64,000 nt of DNA, taken from positions 1 through 64,000 of IMG/VR virus record IMGVR_UViG_3300021964_000024, one strand, 5' to 3'. A program made the position numbers and the translations under genes. The notes beneath the pieces are model-generated. The model did no database searches and was not told the origin of the DNA. It saw nothing but the letters and a program-made list of their open reading frames with translations. Of the stretch, positions 29,332 through 39,022 are shown one piece after another. Within the stretch, counting starts at the first letter, position 1. Every line of letters begins with the position of its first letter. The DNA is from a virus.

Positions 29332-30395
29332 TACTGTCTCATCAATTCAGCAAATCTATTAGCGATACCTTTAATTGAATTAGGTTTAATCAACTTGATC
29401 TGTCTCAACTCCTCATTCTTTTGAGTCAGATAATCCTTCATAGTGATTTCAATCGCACCCGCCGGTTTCGTTTGACCCAAAGGATTAATGTCGATCCAAT
29501 TACCATCCGCATCTTCGTAGTGATGAGTGCCAAGATATTGTGGCATCTCTCCGTACACAATCATTGACGTTTCTGTTCCTGCAGGGTTGAGGTATGAGAG
29601 TTCTTCCCCTGTTACAAAAGTACCGTCCGTGAGGTTCTTAGTGTTTAAGTAATACGTCAACTTATATGTAGAGGTAGGATTGAAAGGAATATCACTAACC
29701 GTAGCCTTTCTTCCAAATGGATCGATAGTCACTCTGAATGTAGTAACCAGAATATCGTCTTGCAATAAAGACCACAATAAAGGACTTGCAAAAGTCTCTG
29801 CCTCTTGTACGTCTGTTCTTTCCAATTCAACAATACCATTAGAATTTGGTGTGACCACTTGATCTTGAACTACAGATTCAGTAACAACGTTCTCTGTATC
29901 AATAACAAAAGTACCAAGTGCAAGATCACGTTTAATAATACGTCCTCTGGTAGTTGTTTGGTTACCTGTAACTATTGACCCGACTTCAAACTGATCAGGA
30001 TCTTGTCCGACAATTTTAGTTCTAAAGATGGGTTTGTTGTCATCATCGTAGTAATCAACCACGTCCGGTTGTTGCAGTTGTACTGTGACCATACGATGAG
30101 GATATCTTTTCTGAGCAGCACCGTGGACTTCATTTACTGTTAGTGGCCATCCGTTCTCACGTATGTGATCGTTTACTAAGAAGAATGTCCAGTAGTAATC
30201 GGTAGTTCCGTAAATTTTAAAAGAGGTCTGATCAGGTCTCTCATTTACTGGGATAGTATAGTCTTCTAAAAAAAGATCCCTATCCTTGATCTCATCGATC
30301 AAGTCAACATATTGAGTTATGTTGGTAAACAGTGAGTACGAGTTCTCGTTTCCAAACTTATAAAGTACAGGTTTAAAGTTACTGAAGTATGCCAT
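29331..30395 (-). CDS. Baseplate wedge gp53
   Basis: MAYFSNF, ERPDQ.S.KIYG..DYYW, HHYED, NEELRQIKLIKP. Confidence 0.88.
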   Translation of the reverse strand: MAYFSNFKPVLYKFGNENSYSLFTNITQYVDLIDEIKDRDLFLEDYTIPVNERPDQTSFKIYGTTDYYWTFFLVNDHIRENGWPLTVNEVHGAAQKRYPHRMVTVQLQQPDVVDYYDDDNKPIFRTKIVGQDPDQFEVGSIVTGNQTTTRGRIIKRDLALGTFVIDTENVVTESVVQDQVVTPNSNGIVELERTDVQEAETFASPLLWSLLQDDILVTTFRVTIDPFGRKATVSDIPFNPTSTYKLTYYLNTKNLTDGTFVTGEELSYLNPAGTETSMIVYGEMPQYLGTHHYEDADGNWIDINPLGQTKPAGAIEITMKDYLTQKNEELRQIKLIKPNSIKGIANRFAELMRQ

Positions 30396-31456
30396 TAAAA
30401 TCCTTCCTCAATTTTTTCACGAGTGAGTGCTCTTGTCTCTTGGAAATTAAGAGTCATGTCTACTTCCAAGAAGTGACCGTCTGAGTGCATTGCCATTGAA
30501 CTAGCGTTGTACGTAGTAGAAACGTCTCTCAGATAACAGTCTTGAATTTGCATTAGTCCCGGCATAGGATTACCATCGTATTCAAACTCAATTTTAAACT
30601 TGTTAGGAAAACGATAACCAAGAGAGATCTCAGTATCACCTACCGATACCCCAATGTTAGCAGGATACAGTTCGGTTCTGAGAAACTTGATAATGTTCTT
30701 GACTTCATTTGCCTCTCGTTGTGACCGTGCAAGAAACTTAAATGCAAATGCAAACTCACGAATGTTTGGTTGCTTGAATAGAACACGTGAGTTAGGGTTC
30801 AGAGTAACACCACCTGCAAGTTTCTGTGCTGCTTGTGACTCTGCGGCAAACGTACCAAATTTAGATGCAAGTTGAATACCTGCAAGTTTCGCAACGTCTG
30901 CACCCGATCCTCCTGTCAATCCACTTACAAAAGATCCAACCCCTTTTGTCATAGACTCCGCAAATCCCATTCCACCTTCCATCATGGCACCAGTGGCACC
31001 AAGGTCAAAGTTCTCGTAGGTTACGTTATCACGGAATGCTAGACCCGCAGGTAGATAGAGTTCGACTGAATCATTAGATATATCAACAGTTCCACCTTGA
31101 GTAGAAGCTGATTGTTGACCCCTCCAAGTATCGATATTTCCTTGTAGAGTTCTGATTTGGTTTCGAATATCAGCGAGTTGTTCTTTGAACTGAGTTTCAC
31201 TTTGATCTTCGTTCGCTGCTTCTGCCTGAATTTCTTGGTACTGTTTTTCCAATTCCCTAATGTCTGCTTCCGCTCTAGAGATTTTTTCCTTGAACGCATC
31301 TCCCGCCAACTCTCCAGTAGCTTTAGTTTCTACTAAAGAGAAAATCACTCGTGCTTTGTAGTCATCCTCGTTTTCAAAAGGATAATGAAATCTTCTGCCG
31401 CCATTAGCGTTTGTGTTAGGATCGGTGTTTGATGACTGTCCCAGTATATCTGCCAT
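30395..31456 (-). CDS. Baseplate tail tube cap gp48
   Basis: LYLP...DNVTY, NPNSRVLFKQPNIREFAFAFKF, FPNKFKIEF, LNFQETRALTRE. Confidence 0.85.
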   Translation of the reverse strand: MADILGQSSNTDPNTNANGGRRFHYPFENEDDYKARVIFSLVETKATGELAGDAFKEKISRAEADIRELEKQYQEIQAEAANEDQSETQFKEQLADIRNQIRTLQGNIDTWRGQQSASTQGGTVDISNDSVELYLPAGLAFRDNVTYENFDLGATGAMMEGGMGFAESMTKGVGSFVSGLTGGSGADVAKLAGIQLASKFGTFAAESQAAQKLAGGVTLNPNSRVLFKQPNIREFAFAFKFLARSQREANEVKNIIKFLRTELYPANIGVSVGDTEISLGYRFPNKFKIEFEYDGNPMPGLMQIQDCYLRDVSTTYNASSMAMHSDGHFLEVDMTLNFQETRALTREKIEEGF

Positions 31457-31496
31457 GTTAGAGTTCCAATAAATAGATGTATAAAATACCTGAAAC

Positions 31497-31504
31497 TATT
31501 TATA
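31497..31504 (-). promoter_or_regulatory. Late promoter TATAAATA driving the leftward baseplate operon
   Basis: Exact consensus upstream of gp48; a plus-strand variant AATAAATA at 31468-31475 faces gp4. Confidence 0.8.
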
Positions 31505-32016
31505 TGAAAACGTACAAGGGAATATACAAAATTAAAAATCCCCAGAAATATAGAGGGGATGCAGATAATGTTGTCTACCGTTCAGGGTGGGAACAGAAGG
31601 TCATGATCTGGGCAGACACTTCTCCGCAAATAGTGGAGTGGTCTAGTGAAGAGGTTATTATACCATACTTATGCGAAACAGACAAGAGAATGCACAGATA
31701 TTTTGTAGATTTTTTAGTACGGTTCAAAGATGGTCGCACGGTATTGGTCGAAGTCAAACCTGCAAAAGAGACATTACCACCCAAATCAGGTAGGGGTGTT
31801 GCTCGTCAGAGAGTACTCAATGAAGGATTGACATATATAAAGAACGTGTCTAAATGGAATGCGGCAAAAGAATTCTGTAAAGACCGTGGTTGGCACTTCG
31901 AAATCTGGACAGAGAATGAATTACGTAAGATGGGACTACTACCCAAACCCATGGGTAAGAAACCCTTCAAACCATTGAAGAAGATGAAACCCTACAGGAA
32001 ACCTAAGAAAAAGTGA
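31504..32016 (+). CDS. Head completion nuclease gp4
   Basis: YKG.Y..KNPQKY.GD, YRSGWE, WSSEE..IPY, HRYFVDF, EVKP; start taken at MKTYKG. Confidence 0.92.
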   Translation: MKTYKGIYKIKNPQKYRGDADNVVYRSGWEQKVMIWADTSPQIVEWSSEEVIIPYLCETDKRMHRYFVDFLVRFKDGRTVLVEVKPAKETLPPKSGRGVARQRVLNEGLTYIKNVSKWNAAKEFCKDRGWHFEIWTENELRKMGLLPKPMGKKPFKPLKKMKPYRKPKKK

Positions 32017-32591
32017 ATAGAGTATTTTTTATCGGTATGAATCGCATTGCGACAAAATCGTTTTCGCATCTATTTAGAGACTCAGGATACAAATCATTCC
32101 ATTACAGTTGTATGGACACAATGACAGGTCAGTCCATTATACTTGCACAACAGATGCAGAACAATCTGGATGAATTTAGACCCGTCATGCACGGTATGGA
32201 CAAAGCACACGTCTATAGTGACATGTTCTGGCACAGAGAAAATGTCTGGATTGATGGTGTTAAGATGTATCGTGAAATACAGAATCAACACCCAGATGCC
32301 TATTTTATTTTACAAACAAGGGATATGGACGCATGGTTACTTAGTAAAGAAAACCATAAAGGGGGAGCGTACATAAAACGTTGCATGGACTTTCACGGAG
32401 TCAATCAACAAGAAATGATTGATTGGTTCAAGTACGACAGAGAAAAACACGAAAAGGCAGTGCGTAAACATTTCCTTGGATACGATAAGTTCCTTGAGTA
32501 TGACCTTGACAATGACCCTATCACTAAATTGATCGATTTCTTGAAACCAGAATTTTTCTTGCAGGAAAAGTACTGGGGACACTATAAATAA
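32013..32591 (+). CDS. Sulfotransferase-family P-loop protein
   Basis: VFFIGMNRIATKSF, YSD, PDAYFILQTRD..AWL.S. Confidence 0.65.
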   Translation: MNRVFFIGMNRIATKSFSHLFRDSGYKSFHYSCMDTMTGQSIILAQQMQNNLDEFRPVMHGMDKAHVYSDMFWHRENVWIDGVKMYREIQNQHPDAYFILQTRDMDAWLLSKENHKGGAYIKRCMDFHGVNQQEMIDWFKYDREKHEKAVRKHFLGYDKFLEYDLDNDPITKLIDFLKPEFFLQEKYWGHYK

Positions 32592-32602
32592 ACATATAAA
32601 TA
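32583..32602 (+). promoter_or_regulatory. Tandem late promoters (TATAAATA x2)
   Basis: Exact copies at 32583-32590 and 32595-32602 upstream of gp2. Confidence 0.8.
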
Positions 32603-32628
32603 AAAGAAGAGTTTTTAAGGGATAGTAG

Positions 32629-33213
32629 ATGTCAGACATCTTTAACAGATTAAGTATTCAAGCGTTTCGTTCGGGGATTACTCCACGTACCGAAGAATCA
32701 CGTAAGTGGTTCTTGAAGAAAGCGCAGAATATGAGAAGCATCAATCGTGAAGCGTTGATGCAAGAAGATCCTCTCAAGTCGAGATCTAAACAGATCGTTG
32801 GCGGGATGTTCATGTTCGGATATGATCCCAAACACAAAGACACACTACCATACTATGATGTGTTTCCGTTAGTGATAGTACTTGGCCCGGCAGAGGGAGG
32901 ATTCTTAGGATTGAATCTACATTACCTACCTCCAAAGTTGCGTCTTTTATTCTTCTCTAACTTGATGGATATTCAGGGTAGTAAGTTGAGTGAAAATGAT
33001 AAGTTCAGTTTGACTTATCGTACACTAAAGAAAGCGTCAAACTTGAGATACTTTAAACCGTGTATTAAGCACTATTTGAATGCTCAAGTAACAAGTAAGT
33101 TCGCAGAAGTACTTGCACCAGAGTGGGAGATTGCAGTGTTCTTACCAACCGCACAGTTCCGTAAACGTTCTAGTGCAAAAGTATTCTCAGATAGTAGGCA
33201 GATGATAGGATGA
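32629..33213 (+). CDS. DNA end protector gp2
   Basis: YDPKHKDTLPYYDVFPLV, FLGLNLHYLPP, FKPCIKHYL, FLPTAQF. Confidence 0.92.
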   Translation: MSDIFNRLSIQAFRSGITPRTEESRKWFLKKAQNMRSINREALMQEDPLKSRSKQIVGGMFMFGYDPKHKDTLPYYDVFPLVIVLGPAEGGFLGLNLHYLPPKLRLLFFSNLMDIQGSKLSENDKFSLTYRTLKKASNLRYFKPCIKHYLNAQVTSKFAEVLAPEWEIAVFLPTAQFRKRSSAKVFSDSRQMIG

Positions 33214-33941
33214 GTTTTAGTATAGAGACACTGAAGGCACAGATTACTCAGTCGGGTGGTCTTGCAATGAAGAATCAGTTCATGGTAGAACTACCACAAC
33301 TTGAGTCGTTCCCTATGGACATTCGTGAACTGGATGTCATGTGTCTGACTACATCATTGCCTGGCAGACAGGTAATGTCGCAAGAAGTTACCGTGGGTAC
33401 GACACAAAGAAAAATTGCAAATGGTTTTGCAACCACAGATATGCAGATGACTTTCTTAGTTGCAAATAACCACATGATACGTCAATACTTCGAAGCATGG
33501 CAAAACGAAGCACATAACCAAACAGAGAAAACTGTAGGGTACTTCGAAGATTATACATATGACGTGAAGATACATACAATAGAAAGAGGACTGAGACTTG
33601 CCTTGTTTAAAAAACAACTGGGTTTCATGGACAACGTACCTAGTGTTATCAAGAATAGACTTCCTGATCTAGGGCCGATTGATCTTTCTCAGGGTGAGAT
33701 AGACTTAGGTGCATCTTTCCCTATGAAACAAACATACACGTGTACACTATTTGAGTGTTACCCGACTTCGTTACAAGAACAAGCGTTGAGTAGTTCGGAT
33801 GAAGGATACATGGAACTCACCGTCCAACTCTCTTACACTGATTTTGAAAGTAAAGCAGGTGAATTTACTAGTGAAGGTGAATCTTTTGGTCGAGGCGTTG
33901 CTGGCGCTGTAGGCGGTTTGATTGGCAGAGCACTTGGTTAA
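33210..33941 (+). CDS. Tail tube initiator gp54 (gp19-like)
   Basis: GGLAMKNQFMV, SLPGRQ, IRQYFEAWQ, LFECYPTS, LTVQLSY. Confidence 0.75.
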   Translation: MSFSIETLKAQITQSGGLAMKNQFMVELPQLESFPMDIRELDVMCLTTSLPGRQVMSQEVTVGTTQRKIANGFATTDMQMTFLVANNHMIRQYFEAWQNEAHNQTEKTVGYFEDYTYDVKIHTIERGLRLALFKKQLGFMDNVPSVIKNRLPDLGPIDLSQGEIDLGASFPMKQTYTCTLFECYPTSLQEQALSSSDEGYMELTVQLSYTDFESKAGEFTSEGESFGRGVAGAVGGLIGRALG

Positions 33942-33972
33942 ATTTAATTATTAATATATTGGAGAACACATT

Positions 33973-34680
33973 ATGGCATTACCCAAGTTAAACGAGTCCC
34001 CGAATTACAGTACGACAATTCCGTCTACGGGGCAAAAGGTGACGTTCCGTCCATACCTAGTCAAAGAAGAAAAGGTATTGATGATTGCGTTTGAGACAGG
34101 AGATCAGAACCAATCGCTTCAGGCGATTTGTGATACACTAGAAGCGTGTATCTCTGAGGAAATTGATGTAAAGAATCTTTGCACATTTGACATTGAGTAT
34201 CTGTTCACACAGATTCGATCTAAGTCAGTGGGTGAGACAGCAACCATCACTCTTCCTTGTTCTGAATGCGACAAGAGAACAGAGGTTGGTGTTTCATTAC
34301 AGGATATCAATATCGATGTGGGTGACGTTGAAAACACAATTCAGTTGACCGACAGTATTAGTATTCAGATGAAATACCCTTCGTATGCACAGGTTCTCAG
34401 TCTAGATCTCGCTAATGCGAACGACACTGAAGTAGGATTCAACATGATTGCAAAGTGTATCTCTGCAATTTTGACTGAAGAGGAAAGGATTGATACCAAA
34501 GATGTCAAGGAAGATGAAGTCATGTCATTCATCGAACAGATGACTGCGGATCAGTTCAAGAATGTGACACAGTTCTTGCAGGACATTCCAACGTTGAACC
34601 AAGACGTTGAATATATCTGTAACAGTTGTGGTCATGAAAACAAAACCAGACTTAAAGGGATTAACGATTTTTTATCATAA
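33973..34680 (+). CDS. Baseplate hub assembly chaperone gp26
   Basis: MALPKL...FRPYLVKEEKVLMIA, FDIEYLF..IRSKSVGE, two CxxC motifs. Confidence 0.92.
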   Translation: MALPKLNESPNYSTTIPSTGQKVTFRPYLVKEEKVLMIAFETGDQNQSLQAICDTLEACISEEIDVKNLCTFDIEYLFTQIRSKSVGETATITLPCSECDKRTEVGVSLQDINIDVGDVENTIQLTDSISIQMKYPSYAQVLSLDLANANDTEVGFNMIAKCISAILTEEERIDTKDVKEDEVMSFIEQMTADQFKNVTQFLQDIPTLNQDVEYICNSCGHENKTRLKGINDFLS

Positions 34681-34871
34681 ACCTTTCTCACGATAATTTG
34701 GTCAATTACTATAAGACCAATTTTTCGTTGATGCAACACCACAATTATAGTTTGGCAGACATTGAAACAATGATGCCGTGGGAAAGGGAGATTTATGTCG
34801 CTATGTTAGTTGACTGGGTGAAGGAAGAGAATGATCGTATAAAACAAGAACAGATGAAACACGGACATTAA
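34668..34871 (+). CDS. gp51-like ORF, probably expressed by -1 frameshift from gp26
   Basis: Frame reads ...NLSHDNLVNYYKTNFSLMQHHNYSLADIETMMPWEREIYVAML...; the first ATG is at 34731, inside the conserved region. Confidence 0.8.
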   Translation, partial: FFIINLSHDNLVNYYKTNFSLMQHHNYSLADIETMMPWEREIYVAMLVDWVKEENDRIKQEQMKHGH

Positions 34872-34874
34872 GAA

Positions 34875-37040
34875 ATGGCAGATAACGAAAAGTTACTTCA
34901 GGCAATAGATGCGTTAAGGTTTGAGAATGCTCAGTACCATGACGAAAACTATCTGAAGCAAGGTAAGCAAGTAGCTAACTCAGAGGTTACCGTCAAACTT
35001 ATGGCGGAACTTGTTGATGAGTTTCGTCAGGGCAGAGCTGACGATAAACTTGATGCCGAAGAACGAAGACGTGACGCTGCAAAAGATCAAGGATCTGGAG
35101 GGCCAAAACCACCCGAAAGAAGTAATCGAGATGACACTGACGTTGATTTCGGACTCAGTGGAATCCTTGCTACTGTTGCAGGAATTGGTGCCGCAGTTGC
35201 AGGATTTGCAGTAGGTCTAGTTCAGGGTGTTTCAAATATCTTCAAACTTGCCACTGCAGCTTTCCGTACACGTCTTACCGCCATCTTTGCACCAGTGACT
35301 AGATTCGTCGATGCAATTACAGATGTATTTGGTAAACGTGGTTCGTCACAATTCCTCAAAGGAAACACCTACAAAACTCTAGGGAATCTGACCAAGTACT
35401 TCCGTGGTTTCGCAGATATCATCAAAAGCGTTGAGACTCGTTTCGCTAGAATAGGTACTCAGATCACACAGTTCAGTAGAACTGTTCGTTCGTATGCAGG
35501 AATGCTTACAAACGTTGTTAAGGATTTTGGTAAATTAAAACTCAATCAAATCGGGGCGGCGTTCTCCAGATTCACACAAGGTATTGTAAACTTCCAGAGA
35601 TCTGTTGTTAAATATATGACGTTCGGTGAGAACAGAGCGCTAACCGGACTCTTAGAAAAGATAACCAAACCAGTCAAGAATTTCATAAACGGTTTACGTG
35701 GTGTTGGTGAAAGCACCAGTAAAATTGCTAAGACCATGAAATCTTTCTTTGGTGCGTTCAAAGTGATTGGACGATTCGTTGCATTCCCTCTTACTGTAGT
35801 AATGGGTTTGATCGATTCCTTCAAGGGCGCAAGAGACAATATGGAAGGCAGAGTTGGTGCATTCGATAAAATTCTTTCTGGTGCAATCGGTGCAATCGCA
35901 GGACTTATTAAAGGTCTTATTCTAGTACCGATTGATCTACTCAAATCTGGTATCTCTTGGGTCGCCAAAAAACTAGGGTTTGAGAACTTTGCTAACTTAC
36001 TTGACTCGTTCAGTTTCGCAGACTCCTTTATGGAATTCACTTCACGATTGACAGATGGGTTCATATACACTTTCAGAAATGCCATTGACAGTATTATGAA
36101 ACCTTTCGAAGATGGTGTAGACTTGGGTTCTATTTTTGAGTTTGTGGTCACCCTACCCTATAAGATAGTAACTAGTCTTCTTGATTTAACTAAGTCTGCT
36201 GTCGGTTCATTGTTAGGTTTGTTTGGTGCAACAGATGCAGAAGAAGCACTAGGATCATTTAGTTTCACAGACATGTTTGATAGTCTGATCCAGTTCGTAA
36301 AGGAACTACCGACCAGATTGGCAAATGCATTGTTAAGTTTCTTCGAAGATCCAATAGGTGCCATCAAAGACGGTCTTCAGATTGCGGGTAACTTTGCAAG
36401 TATGGCAGGGGCAAAAATTAAAAGTCTATTAGTAGGTCTGTTACCAGACCCAGATAGTCTTGTAGCAAATCTAGTACCGGACGCTCTTTATGAATGGGCA
36501 AATGAACCACCACCTGCTCCACCTGAACCTGTAGTTGCAGACGTACCTGCTACTGAGACACAAAATCCAATATCCAGATCAGAAGAACCACAAGAAATTC
36601 GTGGGGTAGATGAAGATGGTTTTGAATACATCGAACGTAGAAGACCCGCTTCTATGGATAGACCCGCCAGTACTGCGATTGCAGGTACTAGGGATATTTA
36701 CGGTGAAGAGTTTATTGATCCGGTAACAGGAGAGTCAAGAAGACAGAAGGTCTTTGAAGCGGATCCAATGATTGCCGCAAAACTGCAGAAGGACAATGAT
36801 GAGTTCTTTGCAGAGATGGATCGACTTGAGGCGGCAAAAAACACTAGGGGTCAAGACTTAGATCAGATGTCTAGAACGAATGCTCAGTCAGCTTCTTCAG
36901 GAATGAATGTTGTGGTGAGTGCACCAAATCAGACAAGTACGACTACAAACAATTCAAATACTGCAGCCATAATAGACCAAAACCTGCCAACCGTAGATAC
37001 GAATGACAGGTCTTGGGGTTTAGGTGGATCTTTCGGTTAA
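34875..37040 (+). CDS. Tape measure / baseplate hub gp29-like
   Basis: Long amphipathic helical G/A/F-rich protein directly after gp26/gp51; C-terminal VVVSAP..STTTNNS. Confidence 0.7.
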   Translation: MADNEKLLQAIDALRFENAQYHDENYLKQGKQVANSEVTVKLMAELVDEFRQGRADDKLDAEERRRDAAKDQGSGGPKPPERSNRDDTDVDFGLSGILATVAGIGAAVAGFAVGLVQGVSNIFKLATAAFRTRLTAIFAPVTRFVDAITDVFGKRGSSQFLKGNTYKTLGNLTKYFRGFADIIKSVETRFARIGTQITQFSRTVRSYAGMLTNVVKDFGKLKLNQIGAAFSRFTQGIVNFQRSVVKYMTFGENRALTGLLEKITKPVKNFINGLRGVGESTSKIAKTMKSFFGAFKVIGRFVAFPLTVVMGLIDSFKGARDNMEGRVGAFDKILSGAIGAIAGLIKGLILVPIDLLKSGISWVAKKLGFENFANLLDSFSFADSFMEFTSRLTDGFIYTFRNAIDSIMKPFEDGVDLGSIFEFVVTLPYKIVTSLLDLTKSAVGSLLGLFGATDAEEALGSFSFTDMFDSLIQFVKELPTRLANALLSFFEDPIGAIKDGLQIAGNFASMAGAKIKSLLVGLLPDPDSLVANLVPDALYEWANEPPPAPPEPVVADVPATETQNPISRSEEPQEIRGVDEDGFEYIERRRPASMDRPASTAIAGTRDIYGEEFIDPVTGESRRQKVFEADPMIAAKLQKDNDEFFAEMDRLEAAKNTRGQDLDQMSRTNAQSASSGMNVVVSAPNQTSTTTNNSNTAAIIDQNLPTVDTNDRSWGLGGSFG

Positions 37041-37255
37041 AGAACAGTTAGCAACTCTTCAATCAGGGTTGCTTTCTTCTTACGTCTATCCAACTCTACT
37101 CCGTTCTCTCTACCCAACTTCTCAAGTTGTGCCTTGGTGAGTTTTCCTAGAGACTCGGCAGTGTGGGTTGGTTCGGAAACTTCATCAAAGATAGTTTTCC
37201 CGAAGTCACCCTCTGCTGAGACAGGAGCAAAGATTTTCTTAAGCCAATTAAACAT
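37037..37255 (-). CDS. Small Rho_N/HeH-like domain protein
   Basis: LTKAQLEKLGRENGVELDRRKKKATLIEEL. Confidence 0.6.
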   Translation of the reverse strand: MFNWLKKIFAPVSAEGDFGKTIFDEVSEPTHTAESLGKLTKAQLEKLGRENGVELDRRKKKATLIEELLTVL

Positions 37256-37266
37256 AGTGTATCTCC

Positions 37267-38187
37267 TTAGTCTTCTTGGGCCATTTTAGCGAAGTAGGAC
37301 AGAGTGTCCTCTTCATCATCTGTTGCTCCAACTGAAGGTTCAGGGGCGGCAACAATTTCAGGTTCAGGTGCAGATTTACCTACACTTGACTCTGCAGTCT
37401 GAGTCAAAGACTCATTCTTCGCAGTCACATTAGATCCTACCGCAGTACCTAGTACTAGACCAAGACGTGCTTCCAGATCAGTGTATGACTTAAAGTTTGC
37501 AGGATCGATGAACTCATTCAGATCGTACTGTTGATTGTACGTTGCTTCGAGTTTAGTCTCATCCGCATCGAACAATGCAGAAGTAGATTTGAACTCCGAC
37601 TTATCGTAGTTACGATAACCGGCAACGTTACGGATCTTCAGTTCGAAGTCTGCACCATTCCAAAAGTCGAATGGATTGATGGGTTCTTCGCCCGGAAATT
37701 GTGGTTGCATAAGATCCATGATCTTATCAAAAATCTTCTTACCAAATTCATAGTAGAAGACTTTACCGTTATTGGCAGGGTTAGCAGGATCGTTCACAAC
37801 AAGGATGTTGGACACGTAGTGTAACCTACGCTTCTGCTTACGAGCAGTTTCCTTATCTTCTTCGAGTCCTGTGTTCCATAGACGTGAGTTGAGTTCGGAT
37901 ACAGGATCCTTCTGACCAATGGTAGTCAAAGATTTCTCAATGTACCACTGACCTTGAGGGCCTTTGAATCCATGATCCCAATAACGTACCCATGGAGTTT
38001 CCATACCTTCCACTGCAGGAAGGAAACGAATAACAGCATAACCATTACCGCTTTCATCGACGGTTGGTTTCCACTGACGTTCGTCTACGTACTTATTGGT
38101 TTGTTGTTTCTGACCAGACGCTTCTTGTGCAGCGTTGACCAATTTTGAGATGTCGGCAGACCGACTTTTTAGGTTAGCAAAAGACAT
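37267..38187 (-). CDS. Single-stranded DNA-binding protein gp32
   Basis: GNGYAVIRFLPA, HGFKGPQGQWYIE, GKKIFDKI, PFDFWNGADF.LKIR, acidic tail. Confidence 0.96.
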   Translation of the reverse strand: MSFANLKSRSADISKLVNAAQEASGQKQQTNKYVDERQWKPTVDESGNGYAVIRFLPAVEGMETPWVRYWDHGFKGPQGQWYIEKSLTTIGQKDPVSELNSRLWNTGLEEDKETARKQKRRLHYVSNILVVNDPANPANNGKVFYYEFGKKIFDKIMDLMQPQFPGEEPINPFDFWNGADFELKIRNVAGYRNYDKSEFKSTSALFDADETKLEATYNQQYDLNEFIDPANFKSYTDLEARLGLVLGTAVGSNVTAKNESLTQTAESSVGKSAPEPEIVAAPEPSVGATDDEEDTLSYFAKMAQED

Positions 38188-38262
38188 ATTTTTTCTCCAG
38201 TATGTGCAATATATGCAGTTTATTTACAATTGTTTTCAGCGTATTTTCACTTCAACATAATC

Positions 38263-38291
38263 AGTATAACTTATTTATACTCAAATGTCAA
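38263..38291 (-). promoter_or_regulatory. Nested promoters for gp32: sigma70 TTGACA-17-TATACT with late TATAAATA in the spacer
   Basis: -35 at 38286-38291, -10 at 38263-38268, TATAAATA at 38272-38279. Confidence 0.8.
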
Positions 38292-38550
38292 GCGTATTTT
38301 GTTTTTCTAGAAAATTTAGCGACATTGCTTCACTCTCTAGACGTTCCACAATTGAGGGTGTAAGATACTTCTTAACATCCTCAACTTCCATTTTGTTCTC
38401 TTCACATAAGTGAACAATGGTATCTATATAATTCAGACCGCTACGTCTGACAGTCATCTCCACCATCTTCGAGAACCTCTTCCGGTTCATAAAGTTCTCC
38501 TCCTGTTCGGGGGTTTCCTTTTGGTTCGGAAGCGTAAACTCTATCGTCAT
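38281..38550 (-). CDS. Late transcription coactivator gp33
   Basis: FSKMVE...NYIDTIVHLCEEN.ME.E...L.SEAMSLNFL. Confidence 0.88.
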   Translation of the reverse strand: MTIEFTLPNQKETPEQEENFMNRKRFSKMVEMTVRRSGLNYIDTIVHLCEENKMEVEDVKKYLTPSIVERLESEAMSLNFLEKQNTLDI

Positions 38551-39022
38551 GTTCTTTCATCTCCTTTGTGTACTCGCCACAGTCAGAGTAGAAATGTCCT
38601 ATAGTTCTTTTGGGGCGACCATTCGCATCGTAAGCCATGGTGTACACAAAGGTATTCATCTTACCCTCTTTGTGTCTACCATAACGATGGTCTAACCAAA
38701 TACTACTCTCAAGGTAACGTTTCATATTAGAAAGATAGACTTCTAATACTTGATATTCCAACCTCTCCTTCGAATCTTTGGAAAGGCGCTGTTGTTTCTT
38801 AGCACGAAGTTCTTCACCAACTTCTTTGATCCATCCCTTCACCTTTTTCCAGTGTAGGGGATGATCTTCGTCCATCTCTCTAAGAATAGGATGAACTGAC
38901 TTTGAACCGTCATGTCCACGAGCGAGTCGTGCTTTGGCAAGTCTTTCACTTGCCGCCGCACGTTGTTCATCACTCATTGGTTTGCGTTTTTTACGCAAGG
39001 TAGGATTTTTCTTTAAACCCAT
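38441..39022 (-). CDS. Basic hypothetical protein, conserved T4-like
   Basis: RKPMSDEQRAAASERLAKAR, C-terminal AYDANGRPKRTIGHFY. Confidence 0.6.
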   Translation of the reverse strand: MGLKKNPTLRKKRKPMSDEQRAAASERLAKARLARGHDGSKSVHPILREMDEDHPLHWKKVKGWIKEVGEELRAKKQQRLSKDSKERLEYQVLEVYLSNMKRYLESSIWLDHRYGRHKEGKMNTFVYTMAYDANGRPKRTIGHFYSDCGEYTKEMKEHDDRVYASEPKGNPRTGGELYEPEEVLEDGGDDCQT

